Source of the DNA: Candidatus Saccharimonadota bacterium
Lineage (GTDB): Bacteria > Patescibacteriota > Microgenomatia > UBA1406 > GWC2-37-13
Direction: 5' to 3'
Assembly (NCBI GenBank): GCA_001790095.1
Contig: MGBH01000001.1
Coordinates: forward strand, 210,001-242,000
Length of the DNA: 32,000 nucleotides
The notes under the pieces were generated by a model, which worked only from the letters and a program-made list of their open reading frames with translations, was not told the origin of the DNA and made no database searches. Positions 17,887 to 26,953 of this stretch are shown one piece after another (positions within the stretch are counted from its first letter, which is position 1; every line of letters begins with the position of its first letter). A program made the position numbers and the translations under genes.

Positions 17887-18983
17887 AAAGAATAGGCATT
17901 GATGCAAGGCTTTATTCTCAAACAGGTGTTGGGACATATCTGCGCAACCTTCTATATGAGCTTTCTAAACTAAAAACAACCGGTTTATCTTTTGTCATAT
18001 ACGTTTCTTCTTCAGATATAAAACAAATACGTGCCGAAATACCACAGTTCATCATAAAAGAAGCCCCCTTTCGATGGCACACCCTATCTGAACAGACAAT
18101 GTTTTTGAGACATATTACTAAAGACTCACTCGACCTTATGCACTTTACTTATTTTGGATACCCTATTTTGTATAGAGGTAAATTTGTCGCAACGGTTCAT
18201 GACCTAACTCCTTTGTTATTTAAAACAGGTAAAGCTTCAACAAAAAACTCGCTTTTATATGAGATTAAACACTTTTTTTTCCGTTGGGTACTAAGATCAC
18301 AAGTAGAAAGAGCGCAAGCTATCATTACGCCAACACTTACCGTAAAAAAACAACTAGTTGAACATTATGGTTTTGGTATTGAATCAAAAATATTTCCGTT
18401 TTATGAAGGCGTAGGTTATGAGCTAAGGAACGCGAAAGAAAACACATCTCTACAGCAAGTTTTTTCAAAACAGTTCTTTTTATATGTGGGAAACTTTTAT
18501 CCCCATAAAAATTTAGTGAGATTTATTACAGCCTTTGCAAAAAAAGACATAGTATCTCAATTAATACTTGTTGGTCCTCAAGACCATTTTTCAACCGCAA
18601 TACATAAACTCATACTCAAGTTAGGAGCTCAAGGAAAAATCCTCTTGTATCATGGAGCAACCGTTAATGACTTAGTTTACTTTTACAAACATGCCAAAGC
18701 TCTTATTCATCCCTCACTCTCGGAGGGTTTCGGATTACCTCTTATTGAGGCTGCATATTTTAAATGTCCTATTATTGCCTCTGACATATCGGTGATGAAA
18801 GAACTTTTGGATGAAAACTGTATCTATTTCAACCCTTACCATACCGAAGACATACATGAAAAAATACTAAATATATCATCCTCCCACAAGCCGGATTATT
18901 CAAAGACACTTGAAAGGTGTTCTTTTGCGCGTATGACAAAAGACACTCTTTCGTTATACAAAAAAGTATTACGTGTTGAATAA
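17883..18983 (+). CDS. Family 4 (group 1) glycosyltransferase
   Basis: The C-terminal half has HPSLSEGFGLPLIEAAYFKCPIIASD, the E-x7-E region of GT4/GT-B enzymes. ATGA overlap with the GT2 gene. Confidence 0.88.
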   Translation: MKRIGIDARLYSQTGVGTYLRNLLYELSKLKTTGLSFVIYVSSSDIKQIRAEIPQFIIKEAPFRWHTLSEQTMFLRHITKDSLDLMHFTYFGYPILYRGKFVATVHDLTPLLFKTGKASTKNSLLYEIKHFFFRWVLRSQVERAQAIITPTLTVKKQLVEHYGFGIESKIFPFYEGVGYELRNAKENTSLQQVFSKQFFLYVGNFYPHKNLVRFITAFAKKDIVSQLILVGPQDHFSTAIHKLILKLGAQGKILLYHGATVNDLVYFYKHAKALIHPSLSEGFGLPLIEAAYFKCPIIASDISVMKELLDENCIYFNPYHTEDIHEKILNISSSHKPDYSKTLERCSFARMTKDTLSLYKKVLRVE

Positions 18984-18984
18984 T

Positions 18985-20139
18985 ATGGTACAAAAGGAAA
19001 AAAAAGTAGCTATTGTATATGATTGGATAGATAAATGGGGGGGTGTTGAGAGGTTGTTGTTAGTACTTCACCATATGTTTCCTTCAGCGCCTTTTTTTAC
19101 TTCGTATGTGGATTTGCAGTCGGCTCGATGGGCAAGAGGTATACATATCAAATCCTCATTTATTCAACATCTTCCTCGGTTTATTAAAAAAAGCAGGCTT
19201 CTTTCTTTTTTTTTCTATCCCCTTGCTTTTGAATCATTTGATTTTTCTGAGTATGATACAGTTATATCGGTTAGTTCATCATTTGCAAAATCTATTATTA
19301 CTAAACCGAACACTCATCATATATGTATATTGTTAACCCCCACTCGTTATCTTTGGTTATATCCAACCCAATACCTTGGAGTCTTTCTGGTAAGTATCTC
19401 TGCAAAGATAATAGATTTTTTTAAAAAATGGGATAAAATAGCAAGTAGGCGCCCTGATAATACAATTGCAATCTCACATGAAGTCAGTAAAAGATGTTTA
19501 AAATATTATGGTTTTTGTCCACCAGTGATTTACCCCCCGTTTGACCTTCAATATTGGGTGAAAGTTAAAAAGAGTATTTTAGACAGTAATTACTCCCAAA
19601 ACACAAATGTGACCCACCTTAAGCAATTTTATCTTGTAGTAGCAAGACTTGAACCGTATAAGAAAGTAGATGTAGTTATAAGGGCGTTTAAAGGTCGAAA
19701 AGATCACTTAGTAGTTGTTGGAAAGGGAAGCTTACTACAAAAGATGAAAAGACGAGCGGGAAAGAATGTCCTATTTATGGAAGATCTTTCCGATGAAGAT
19801 CTGGGATCACTTTATTCTAATGCACAAGCCCTTATCATGCCTCAGCATGAAGATTTTGGCTATGTTGCGCTTGAGGCTCAATTTTTTGGTTGCCCGGTCA
19901 TCGCATATGATAAAGGGGGAAGTAAAGAAACCATAATGGATGGGAAAACAGGAATTTTTTTTCATGAACAGACCCATACAAAGATACGTGCTGCACTTGA
20001 AAGATGGGATAAAATATCATACAATTTAAGACACCATACGAGACAGTATGGAGAAGAGAACGCTACCTTTTTTTCAAAGGAACATTTTGAAAAAAGTCTT
20101 TATCGCATTATCAATTGTGACAAGCCTAAGCAAGCATGA
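18985..20139 (+). CDS. Family 4 (group 1) glycosyltransferase
   Basis: VAIVYDWIDKWGGVERLL and MPQHEDFGYVALEAQFFGCPVIAYDKGGSKETI are GT4 motifs. I chose the ATG at 18985 over the GTG at 18973. Confidence 0.85.
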   Translation: MVQKEKKVAIVYDWIDKWGGVERLLLVLHHMFPSAPFFTSYVDLQSARWARGIHIKSSFIQHLPRFIKKSRLLSFFFYPLAFESFDFSEYDTVISVSSSFAKSIITKPNTHHICILLTPTRYLWLYPTQYLGVFLVSISAKIIDFFKKWDKIASRRPDNTIAISHEVSKRCLKYYGFCPPVIYPPFDLQYWVKVKKSILDSNYSQNTNVTHLKQFYLVVARLEPYKKVDVVIRAFKGRKDHLVVVGKGSLLQKMKRRAGKNVLFMEDLSDEDLGSLYSNAQALIMPQHEDFGYVALEAQFFGCPVIAYDKGGSKETIMDGKTGIFFHEQTHTKIRAALERWDKISYNLRHHTRQYGEENATFFSKEHFEKSLYRIINCDKPKQA

Positions 20140-21221
20140 AAGCAGTTATTTTTGCAGGAGGCACTGGTACGAGGCTTTGGCCTCTTTCAAGAAAAAAATC
20201 GCCAAAGCAGTTTGAAAAACTTATTGGAGATAAGTCTACTCTTCAATTGGCTGTAGAGCGTCTTTCACCAGAATTTTCATATAAAGACATCTATATCTCA
20301 ACAAACGTCTTATATAAAGACGTTATTCGCAAGCAGTTGCCACAAATACCGAAAGAAAACTACTTTTTGGAACCGGAAAAAAAAGACGTAGGACCTGCTA
20401 TCGCACTGGTCATGGGTACTTTTTATCAAAAATTTCCCCACGAGCCGGTTGCAATCTTGTGGAGTGACCATCTTGTCAAAGAAGTTCAACTATTTAAAAA
20501 AATATTATTGGTAGCTGGTGATTATATAGAAAAGAATCCGGACAATATTATTTTTATAGCGCATAAACCGCGTTACGAAAGTACTAATTTAGGCTATATC
20601 CATATAGGAAAGAAAATGCATACCATGAAAAAAATCTCTCTTTTTTCTTTTGAAGGATTCAAATATAGACCAGATGAAGCAACCGCAAAGAAATTTTTTA
20701 AGTCAAACACTTACGCTTGGAATCTTGGTTATTTTGTTACCACCCCTACTTTTATTTATCACTCATTTAAGCGATTTGCCCCAAATATTTATGAAAATAC
20801 GCAAAGAATTTTAGCCCACATGGGAAAAAATGATTATGAGAGCGTCTTAAAAAAAGAATATAAAAAAGTTGAAAGCATAAATTTTGACAACGCCATTCTT
20901 GAAAATCTAGATAAAAGAGATGCTCTTGTTATGGTTGAAGACATTGGTTGGAGTGATATCGGAGCATGGGAAGCATTAAAAGAAGCTTTAGAAAGGTATC
21001 CTTATGAAAATATTATACGAGGTAAAGTATATTTGGAACACGTGAGAGATTCTCTTATATATAACTATGATGATAAAAAACTAATCGTCGGCATAGATCT
21101 TGATGAGCATATAATTGTAAATACCCAGGATGTTGTGCTTATTGCAAAAAAAACGTCTGTATCAAAAATCAAGACACTTGTTGAAAATTTTGAAGGAACC
21201 GAGCACGAAGACCTCATATAA
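20136..21221 (+). CDS. manC: Mannose-1-phosphate guanylyltransferase-like sugar nucleotidyltransferase
   Basis: MKAVIFAGGTGTRLWPLSRKKSPKQF is the ManC/CpsB-type N-terminal signature, and NFDNAILE...GWSDIGAW is also present. 361 aa, with no recognisable isomerase domain. Confidence 0.8.
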   Translation: MKAVIFAGGTGTRLWPLSRKKSPKQFEKLIGDKSTLQLAVERLSPEFSYKDIYISTNVLYKDVIRKQLPQIPKENYFLEPEKKDVGPAIALVMGTFYQKFPHEPVAILWSDHLVKEVQLFKKILLVAGDYIEKNPDNIIFIAHKPRYESTNLGYIHIGKKMHTMKKISLFSFEGFKYRPDEATAKKFFKSNTYAWNLGYFVTTPTFIYHSFKRFAPNIYENTQRILAHMGKNDYESVLKKEYKKVESINFDNAILENLDKRDALVMVEDIGWSDIGAWEALKEALERYPYENIIRGKVYLEHVRDSLIYNYDDKKLIVGIDLDEHIIVNTQDVVLIAKKTSVSKIKTLVENFEGTEHEDLI

Positions 21222-21225
21222 TATT

Positions 21226-21864
21226 ATGTACCGAAAATATTTTAAAAGAATATTTGATATAGTTACAGCACTATGTTTACTTGTCTTTTTTTTCCCCATA
21301 TGTATTTTAGTTGCTATTGCTATTAAGGTAGATTCAAAAGGTCCAGTATTTGCAGATGTACCAGAGCGCGTGGGACAAAGGGGAGAAAAATTTAAGATGT
21401 ATAAGTTTAGATCTATGATACAAAATGCTCATGAACTACTTCGGACTGATAAACGTTTCATCCAGCTATATAAGGAATATAAAAAAGGCAGTTACAAATT
21501 GAGAAACGATCCCCGCATCACAAAAACAGGTAAATTTATAAGAAAACATTCTCTTGATGAAATCCCTCAACTTTTAAATGTCTTAAGAGGGGAGATGAGT
21601 TTAGTTGGACCACGGGCATATTATCCAGATGAACTTGAAAATCAACAAAAAGAGCATCCAAACACAAAAAAATATGTACAAAACGCTCTTTCTGTCAAGC
21701 CTGGCATAACAGGATTATGGCAGGTTACAGGCAGATCCGAAATCAATTTTGACAAACGTATTGCAATAGACGCAAAATATGTAGATAATATATCATTTAT
21801 AGAGGATTTAAAAATAATCATTAAGACCCCGCTGGTTATGATCACCGGAAAAGGGGCAATTTAA
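21226..21864 (+). CDS. Small polyprenyl-phosphate sugar-phosphate transferase (bacterial sugar transferase family, PglC/WbaP C-terminal type)
   Basis: One N-terminal hydrophobic hairpin (LCLLVFFFPICILVAIAI), then SKGPVFADVPERVGQRGEKFKMYKFRSM and LDEIPQLLNVLRGEMSLVGPRA. I chose the ATG at 21226, because the upstream part of the track ORF overlaps manC. Confidence 0.88.
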   Translation: MYRKYFKRIFDIVTALCLLVFFFPICILVAIAIKVDSKGPVFADVPERVGQRGEKFKMYKFRSMIQNAHELLRTDKRFIQLYKEYKKGSYKLRNDPRITKTGKFIRKHSLDEIPQLLNVLRGEMSLVGPRAYYPDELENQQKEHPNTKKYVQNALSVKPGITGLWQVTGRSEINFDKRIAIDAKYVDNISFIEDLKIIIKTPLVMITGKGAI

Positions 21865-21880
21865 TATTAATTAATTTATC

Positions 21881-23713
21881 ATGAAAAAAATTAGCATAGC
21901 TTTTTTACTTGTTTTTTTGGTAGTTATTACTGTTTTTGGTTACTTTATGGTCTTTGCACCGGTTATGAAAATAAAGGCTAAAGGACAAGTGGTAGCAAGT
22001 GCAGCCAAAGAGATGAAAAGTGTCTTTTCTAAAAACGACATAGATCTCCTAAACAGTAAAACAAAAGACTTTTCTCAAAAATATGCCGATTTTGAAAAAG
22101 AAGCAAAATCGATCTACTGGGCAACGTTTATTCCGTATGTAGCAGATTTTAAAAACGGTGTTGAGGCTGGCAGATACACTATACGGGCGGGAGAGGATGC
22201 AATTACAGCGATTACTCCCTATGCAGATCTCATTGGATTCAAAAAGGGACAGTCTTCATTTATTGAAAAATCAACCGAAGGAAGATTGCAAACTGCCATA
22301 TTGACGCTTGATAAAGTATTGGGAAAGATAGATTCTATTTCCGAAAACGTTAGACAGGCGGGGGATAAGATTGATCAGATTGATCCAAAAAGATATCCTG
22401 AGAAGATAGGAAAAACTGCGGTGAGAAGTCAGATAACGAACCTGAAAGAACAGTTTACCGGTATGGCTTCTTTATTTGTTGATGCGAAGCCTCTTCTTAA
22501 AAATATTCCCTCAATCTTCGGTGCAAAGAAAGAAAAAACCTATTTACTTCTTTTTCAGAATGATAAAGAAAGAAGGGCAACTGGCGGATTCCTGACAGCA
22601 TTTGCTGTTTTTAAAATCAAAGATGGGAAAATTACTATTGAGCGGTCCGATGATATTTATGCTCTTGATGCGACTATCAACGACCGACCCGCTGTTCCAA
22701 AAGAAATATTAACTTATCATAAAGGAGTATCTACTTTTTGGATTAGGGACAGCAATCTGTCTCCTGATTTGGTTAAGTCAATTGAGTTGTTTAATAGCTT
22801 ATACAAAAAAAGCGGCGCAAGGGTTAACTACGATGGTATCATTTTCCTTGATTCAAAAATCCTCGTTGATATGTTAACAATCTTCGGAGACACGCAAGCC
22901 AATGGTATAAATTTCTCTTCCTCAATTGATAAGAACTGTAACTGTCCACAGGTCTTATGGAAACTGTTTAACATCGTAGGAGAAGAAGTAGGATACCAAA
23001 AAGAGAACAGAAAGGGCATACTGGGAAGCCTGATGTATGAATTATTCTACAAAGCAATAGGTTTTTCACCCTCAAAATATTGGGGTACTTTGGTACAGAC
23101 GATGTACAAGAACCTCGAAGAAAAGCACATACTGCTTTATTTCAATGACCAGCAAATACAACAGTCTATTGAGAAACTTAATTTCGGTGGACGGATTGGT
23201 CAGTACAAGGGTGATTATTTGCACATTAATAACGTTAACTTTGCTGGGGCGAAATCAAACCTTTTTGTTACGGAATCAATTGTATCTAAAGCAACAGATA
23301 ATGGTGGAGTTATTCAGAAAGAGTTAACTGTTGAATACAAAAATCCAGAACCAGCTTCAAATTGTAACAGACACCAAGAGCGAATTCTTTGTTTGAATGC
23401 GATATTACGCAATTGGGTACGAGTATATGTGCCAGTCGGATCCAAACTTGTCGAATTTAAAGGGTCAACAAAAACAGTTAAGACCTACGATGAATTTGGA
23501 AAAACCGTTTTTGAAGGATTTCTTGAGGTTCCAACAGAAGGCATGGCAAAAATAATAATCACTTATACTTTACCAAGTACCATACAATCAAAAGACTATA
23601 GTCTTTACATACAAAAACAACCAGGAGTTATTAGTCAAAAACTAAGGATAGACTTGAACGGTAAGAGTATTTTCAACGGGGAACAAACCAAAGACTTGGA
23701 GATAAAAAAATAG
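21881..23713 (+). CDS. DUF4012-like membrane-anchored extracytoplasmic protein
   Basis: N-terminal TM segment (ISIAFLLVFLVVITVFGYFMVF), then a large domain with YLLLFQNDKERRATGGFLTAFAVF. This matches the Q-N-x-x-E-x-R-x-T-GG-F core I associate with DUF4012. The gene is linked to glycan genes, as is usual for that family. Confidence 0.7.
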   Translation: MKKISIAFLLVFLVVITVFGYFMVFAPVMKIKAKGQVVASAAKEMKSVFSKNDIDLLNSKTKDFSQKYADFEKEAKSIYWATFIPYVADFKNGVEAGRYTIRAGEDAITAITPYADLIGFKKGQSSFIEKSTEGRLQTAILTLDKVLGKIDSISENVRQAGDKIDQIDPKRYPEKIGKTAVRSQITNLKEQFTGMASLFVDAKPLLKNIPSIFGAKKEKTYLLLFQNDKERRATGGFLTAFAVFKIKDGKITIERSDDIYALDATINDRPAVPKEILTYHKGVSTFWIRDSNLSPDLVKSIELFNSLYKKSGARVNYDGIIFLDSKILVDMLTIFGDTQANGINFSSSIDKNCNCPQVLWKLFNIVGEEVGYQKENRKGILGSLMYELFYKAIGFSPSKYWGTLVQTMYKNLEEKHILLYFNDQQIQQSIEKLNFGGRIGQYKGDYLHINNVNFAGAKSNLFVTESIVSKATDNGGVIQKELTVEYKNPEPASNCNRHQERILCLNAILRNWVRVYVPVGSKLVEFKGSTKTVKTYDEFGKTVFEGFLEVPTEGMAKIIITYTLPSTIQSKDYSLYIQKQPGVISQKLRIDLNGKSIFNGEQTKDLEIKK

Positions 23714-23717
23714 AGCT

Positions 23718-24245
23718 ATGCATCGATATCTAAAGACAGAAGGTATTGTGATTAAGAAAAGACAGCTAATGGGAAAGGACACGATTATTACTTTTTTTAC
23801 TCTAGAGCAAGGAAAGATTACGGCTATAGCAAAAGGAGTTCGAAAAATAGTAAGCAAAAGGCTTTCATCTCTTATGACGGGCAATCTGATCCAGATGGTT
23901 CTTTATGAAAGGAAAGAATACTATTATATTCAAAGCGCCCAGATCATCTCCATATTTTCTCGAATAAAAAAAGATGAACAATTATTAAAACAGTTATACT
24001 TTTTTTTATTTATACTTGATCAGCTTCTTCCCGAACGGCAAAAGGAGACATCAATTTATTTTCTATTTAAGAGATTCCTTATCGAGCTTTCCCGCGGTGA
24101 ACTTGAACCTATTAGAATGAAACATTATTGTGATAATTTGCTTACACATTCAGGGTATCGTGTTGAAGCGGATACTCTTGTTGAGACGATAGTAAGAATT
24201 GAGCAAATAATGGGGAAAAAAGTTTCATCTTTATTATATAATTAG
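23718..24245 (+). CDS. recO: DNA repair protein RecO, compact form
   Basis: LKTEGIVIKKRQLMGKDTIITFFTLEQGKITAIAKGVRK is the RecO N-terminal OB fold, and a helical region follows. Only 175 aa, with no CxxC zinc-finger motif. Confidence 0.7.
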   Translation: MHRYLKTEGIVIKKRQLMGKDTIITFFTLEQGKITAIAKGVRKIVSKRLSSLMTGNLIQMVLYERKEYYYIQSAQIISIFSRIKKDEQLLKQLYFFLFILDQLLPERQKETSIYFLFKRFLIELSRGELEPIRMKHYCDNLLTHSGYRVEADTLVETIVRIEQIMGKKVSSLLYN

Positions 24246-24248
24246 GAT

Positions 24249-25610
24249 ATGGATGATATCATCGCTTTATGTAAAAGACGTGGTTTTCTTTATCCCTCAT
24301 CTGAGATATACGGAGGATTGGCTAATTCATGGGATTTTGGACATTATGGAACGCTTTTAAAGAATAACATTCGAGATGCCTGGTGGCGCACTTTTGTTTT
24401 GGGCAGAGATGATATGGTGGGACTTGATGCGAGCGTTTTTCTTAATCCAAAGGTTTGGCAGGCATCTGGTCACGTATCAGGGTTCACTGATGCGCTTGTT
24501 GACTGTAAAAATTGTAAATTCAGGACCCGTGCAGATCACCTTATTGAAGATAAGGTAAAAAATATAAAAGTAGAAGGACTATCAGTTGACAAGCTTACAA
24601 AGATCATACGTGAAAATAAGCTAAAATGCCCGAAATGCGGAAAAGATGACCTAACAGATGTAAGACGATTCAATCTGCTTTTTGAGACAAAAATGGGCAT
24701 TCTTGAAGATTCAAAATCGACACTCTATCTGAGAGGTGAGATAGCACAAGGGATATTCCTTAATTTTAAAAATGTTCTTAATTCGCTTAGGGTTAAAATC
24801 CCATTTGGCATTGCCCAACAAGGTAAAGCATACCGCAATGAAATAACAATGGGACGCTCAGTTTTTCGTACGATGGAGTTTGATCTTATGGAGTTTGAAT
24901 ATTTTATTCACCCATCAAACTATGTAAAAACATATGAGTACTGGCAAAATGAGATGTGGCAATGGGCACTATCACTTGGCATACCTAAAGAGAAGTTAAG
25001 ATGGAGAGAACATGAAGACTTTGAAAGATCACATTATTCAAAAAAAACCATGGATATAGAATATCACTTTTCTTTTGGTTGGAAAGAGATGTTTGGACTT
25101 GCTTATCGAACAGACTTTGATTTGAAGAATCATATGCAGAACTCTGGGAAAGACCTGCAATATTTAGATCAAAAAAGAGGAGAGAAATATATTCCTCATA
25201 TTATTGAGCCAACTTTTGGATTGTCGAGGCTTGTTGGTATCGTACTTGAAGATGCTTACCATATCGAAGAAGTAAAGGGTGAACAAAGAGTTTATTTGAA
25301 ACTTGACCCTAAAATTGCACCGATCAAGGTAGCGGTTTTTCCACTACAGAAAGATGAGAAACTTATCGCCGCTGCGACAGAACTCTACCACACATTAAAA
25401 AAGATGACCGTGGTTGAATATGACAATGCGGGGAATATAGGAAAAATGTATCGAAGACAGGATGAAATAGGCACTCCTTATTGTATTACGATTGATTACC
25501 AAACCATTGAAGACAAGACTGTGACGGTGCGTGACAGAGATACTATGAAACAGAACCGCGTTCCACTAGACAGCATACCAAATTTACTTAAAAAATTACT
25601 ATTTAACTAA
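24249..25610 (+). CDS. glyQS: Glycine-tRNA ligase (dimeric GlyQS type)
   Basis: RRGFLYPSSEIYGGLANSWDFGHYG, FRTMEFDLMEFEYF and EPTFGLSRL are class II GlyRS motifs. The C-terminal anticodon-binding domain carries RRQDEIGTPYCITID. Confidence 0.93.
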   Translation: MDDIIALCKRRGFLYPSSEIYGGLANSWDFGHYGTLLKNNIRDAWWRTFVLGRDDMVGLDASVFLNPKVWQASGHVSGFTDALVDCKNCKFRTRADHLIEDKVKNIKVEGLSVDKLTKIIRENKLKCPKCGKDDLTDVRRFNLLFETKMGILEDSKSTLYLRGEIAQGIFLNFKNVLNSLRVKIPFGIAQQGKAYRNEITMGRSVFRTMEFDLMEFEYFIHPSNYVKTYEYWQNEMWQWALSLGIPKEKLRWREHEDFERSHYSKKTMDIEYHFSFGWKEMFGLAYRTDFDLKNHMQNSGKDLQYLDQKRGEKYIPHIIEPTFGLSRLVGIVLEDAYHIEEVKGEQRVYLKLDPKIAPIKVAVFPLQKDEKLIAAATELYHTLKKMTVVEYDNAGNIGKMYRRQDEIGTPYCITIDYQTIEDKTVTVRDRDTMKQNRVPLDSIPNLLKKLLFN

Positions 25611-25619
25611 GTTTATCAT

Positions 25620-26093
25620 ATGCAAAGTACTACTAAAAAAAAGACGGTCATCATCGTTGGAGTCGTTGTCTTTATTATTATTGTCCTTTCGTTTATTTTA
25701 TTATCAAAAAACAAGAAAGAAGAAGTAAAGGAAAAAACAGGAGGAGTACTTATTCAAGAAGAAAACATTCTCCCAACCGTTGACTCATCGGTCAAGGTTG
25801 AATTTACCTCATCGTCAGAAGGTAAGGAAGCGATTTTAAGACTAAGCGGAATACCTTCAGGGACAGAATCAATCGATTATGAGCTTTCGTATCAAGAGGC
25901 ACAAAAAGGGTTACAAGGAGTAATTGGAACCATTATGCCAGACAACCAAACAGCCTATGAAAAAAAAATCACACTTGGAACTTGCTCATCGGGAAGATGT
26001 GTATACCATGAGATAATTGGAAAGGTGAAAGTTACCCTCAAATTTGTCGGCTCATACGGAGATAAAATCTATGAAAAAGAATATGACATCTAA
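25620..26093 (+). CDS. Hypothetical N-terminally anchored small exported protein
   Basis: KKKTVIIVGVVVFIIIVLSFILL is a signal anchor. About 110 aa of beta-rich sequence follow, with a Cys pair (CSSGRC). I recognise no family. Confidence 0.5.
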   Translation: MQSTTKKKTVIIVGVVVFIIIVLSFILLSKNKKEEVKEKTGGVLIQEENILPTVDSSVKVEFTSSSEGKEAILRLSGIPSGTESIDYELSYQEAQKGLQGVIGTIMPDNQTAYEKKITLGTCSSGRCVYHEIIGKVKVTLKFVGSYGDKIYEKEYDI

Positions 26094-26112
26094 TGAATGA
26101 TGCTATATACTT

Positions 26113-26146
26113 ACATTAACGGGAGATATTTATTAATGTTTTTTTT
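26113..26146 (+). terminator. AT-rich inverted repeat plus T-run upstream of rpsT (weak terminator or regulatory hairpin)
   Basis: ACATTAA (26113-26119) pairs with TTAATGT (26133-26139) around a 13-nt loop, followed by T7 (26140-26146). Only one G-C pair, so stability is doubtful. Confidence 0.3.
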
Positions 26147-26149
26147 ATA

Positions 26150-26160
26150 AAGGAGGTGAT
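26150..26160 (+). promoter_or_regulatory. Strong Shine-Dalgarno sequence of rpsT
   Basis: AAGGAGGTGAT has its GGAGG core 9 nt upstream of the ATG at 26166. It is the longest anti-SD complement I found before any gene in the window. Confidence 0.7.
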
Positions 26161-26165
26161 ATTGT

Positions 26166-26420
26166 ATGCCAAATATTCGTTCTGCAAAGAAAAAGGTTCG
26201 AAAAGACATAAAACGAACAAAACACAACGTTTTTTATCGTGATGCAATAAAAAAAGCAATCACAATAATAACAAAATTAAAAGGCGGAGAAGGATCAGGA
26301 GAAAAAATCAAAAAAACAGTTTCACTTATTGATAAAGCAGCAAAGAAAAAAGTAATTCATAAGAACAAGGCTTCTCGTCTTAAATCAAGGGTTATGAAGT
26401 TGTCTGTAGCTAAAAAATGA
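26166..26420 (+). CDS. rpsT: 30S ribosomal protein S20
   Basis: MPNIRSAKKKVRKDIKRTKHNVFYRDAIKKAI...AAKKKVIHKNKASRLKSR is the S20 signature. Confidence 0.92.
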   Translation: MPNIRSAKKKVRKDIKRTKHNVFYRDAIKKAITIITKLKGGEGSGEKIKKTVSLIDKAAKKKVIHKNKASRLKSRVMKLSVAKK

Positions 26421-26944
26421 GATATCAGATCAACCTACTCCAAGAGAAAGAAAAAGACATATCTGGCAAGATGGTCTATTTTGCACTTCACTATTTGAGG
26501 TATATTCTTGTATTGACCCAAATTGTGGTTATTGCAGTTTTCTTTTACCGATTTAAGATTGATCAGGAAGTTATTGATCTACGGGATGAACTAAAACAGA
26601 AAGAAGAAATAGTTCAAGTTTCAGATCCGCTTCTTAAGGAAGCGCAGGGAGTGGATTTGAAGACCCGGGAGATAAAAGATGTGCTTATTAGGCAGGAGGC
26701 ATCTCAGCAGATGCTGACTTATTTTCTCAGTGTTTTTCCAAATAATATGCGAGTAACCAGGATTGATATGAGTGAAAAGGGGTTTGAATTTATTGGTATT
26801 ACTTCTGAGCCTCAAATAATCAAGATTTTTCTTGACAAACTTAATGCAGATAAAGCGTTTAAGACCATTGAGCTCGGAAGCATTCGTAGAGAAGACAACA
26901 GTTTTCATTGCCCATTTAAACTTTATGGATTTATACCAAAATAA
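26417..26944 (+). CDS. pilN: PilN-like bitopic membrane protein (type IV pilus alignment-complex family)
   Basis: The N-terminal MRYQINLL matches the conserved INLLP PilM-binding motif. It is followed by a single TM (ILVLTQIVVIAVFFY), a coiled-coil stretch and an alpha/beta C-terminal domain of about 90 aa, which is the PilN architecture and size. ATGA overlap with rpsT. Confidence 0.6.
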   Translation: MRYQINLLQEKEKDISGKMVYFALHYLRYILVLTQIVVIAVFFYRFKIDQEVIDLRDELKQKEEIVQVSDPLLKEAQGVDLKTREIKDVLIRQEASQQMLTYFLSVFPNNMRVTRIDMSEKGFEFIGITSEPQIIKIFLDKLNADKAFKTIELGSIRREDNSFHCPFKLYGFIPK

Positions 26945-26953
26945 TGTAAGGAT

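Noticed and set aside
19206-19214. T9 homopolymer inside the second GT4 gene, considered as a slipped-strand phase-variation switch for surface glycan
   Set aside because: Equally long homopolymers occur in essential genes of the same window, for example A9 at 9003-9011 in rplO and many A7-A8 runs. The tract is therefore explained by base composition, and there is no evidence of length heterogeneity in a single sequence.
966-24558. Same-strand alternative-frame ORFs (966-1187, 2744-2947, 6056-6238, 9376-9588, 19106-19336, 23145-23327, 24376-24558)
   Set aside because: They are embedded out of frame in confidently assigned genes and have no recognisable motifs. They are typical chance ORFs in AT-rich sequence.
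26111-26139. TTACAT, 17 nt, TAATGT considered as an rpsT promoter
   Set aside because: The -10 candidate matches TATAAT at only 3 of 6 positions. The two hexamers are simply the arms of the inverted repeat reported as a hairpin.
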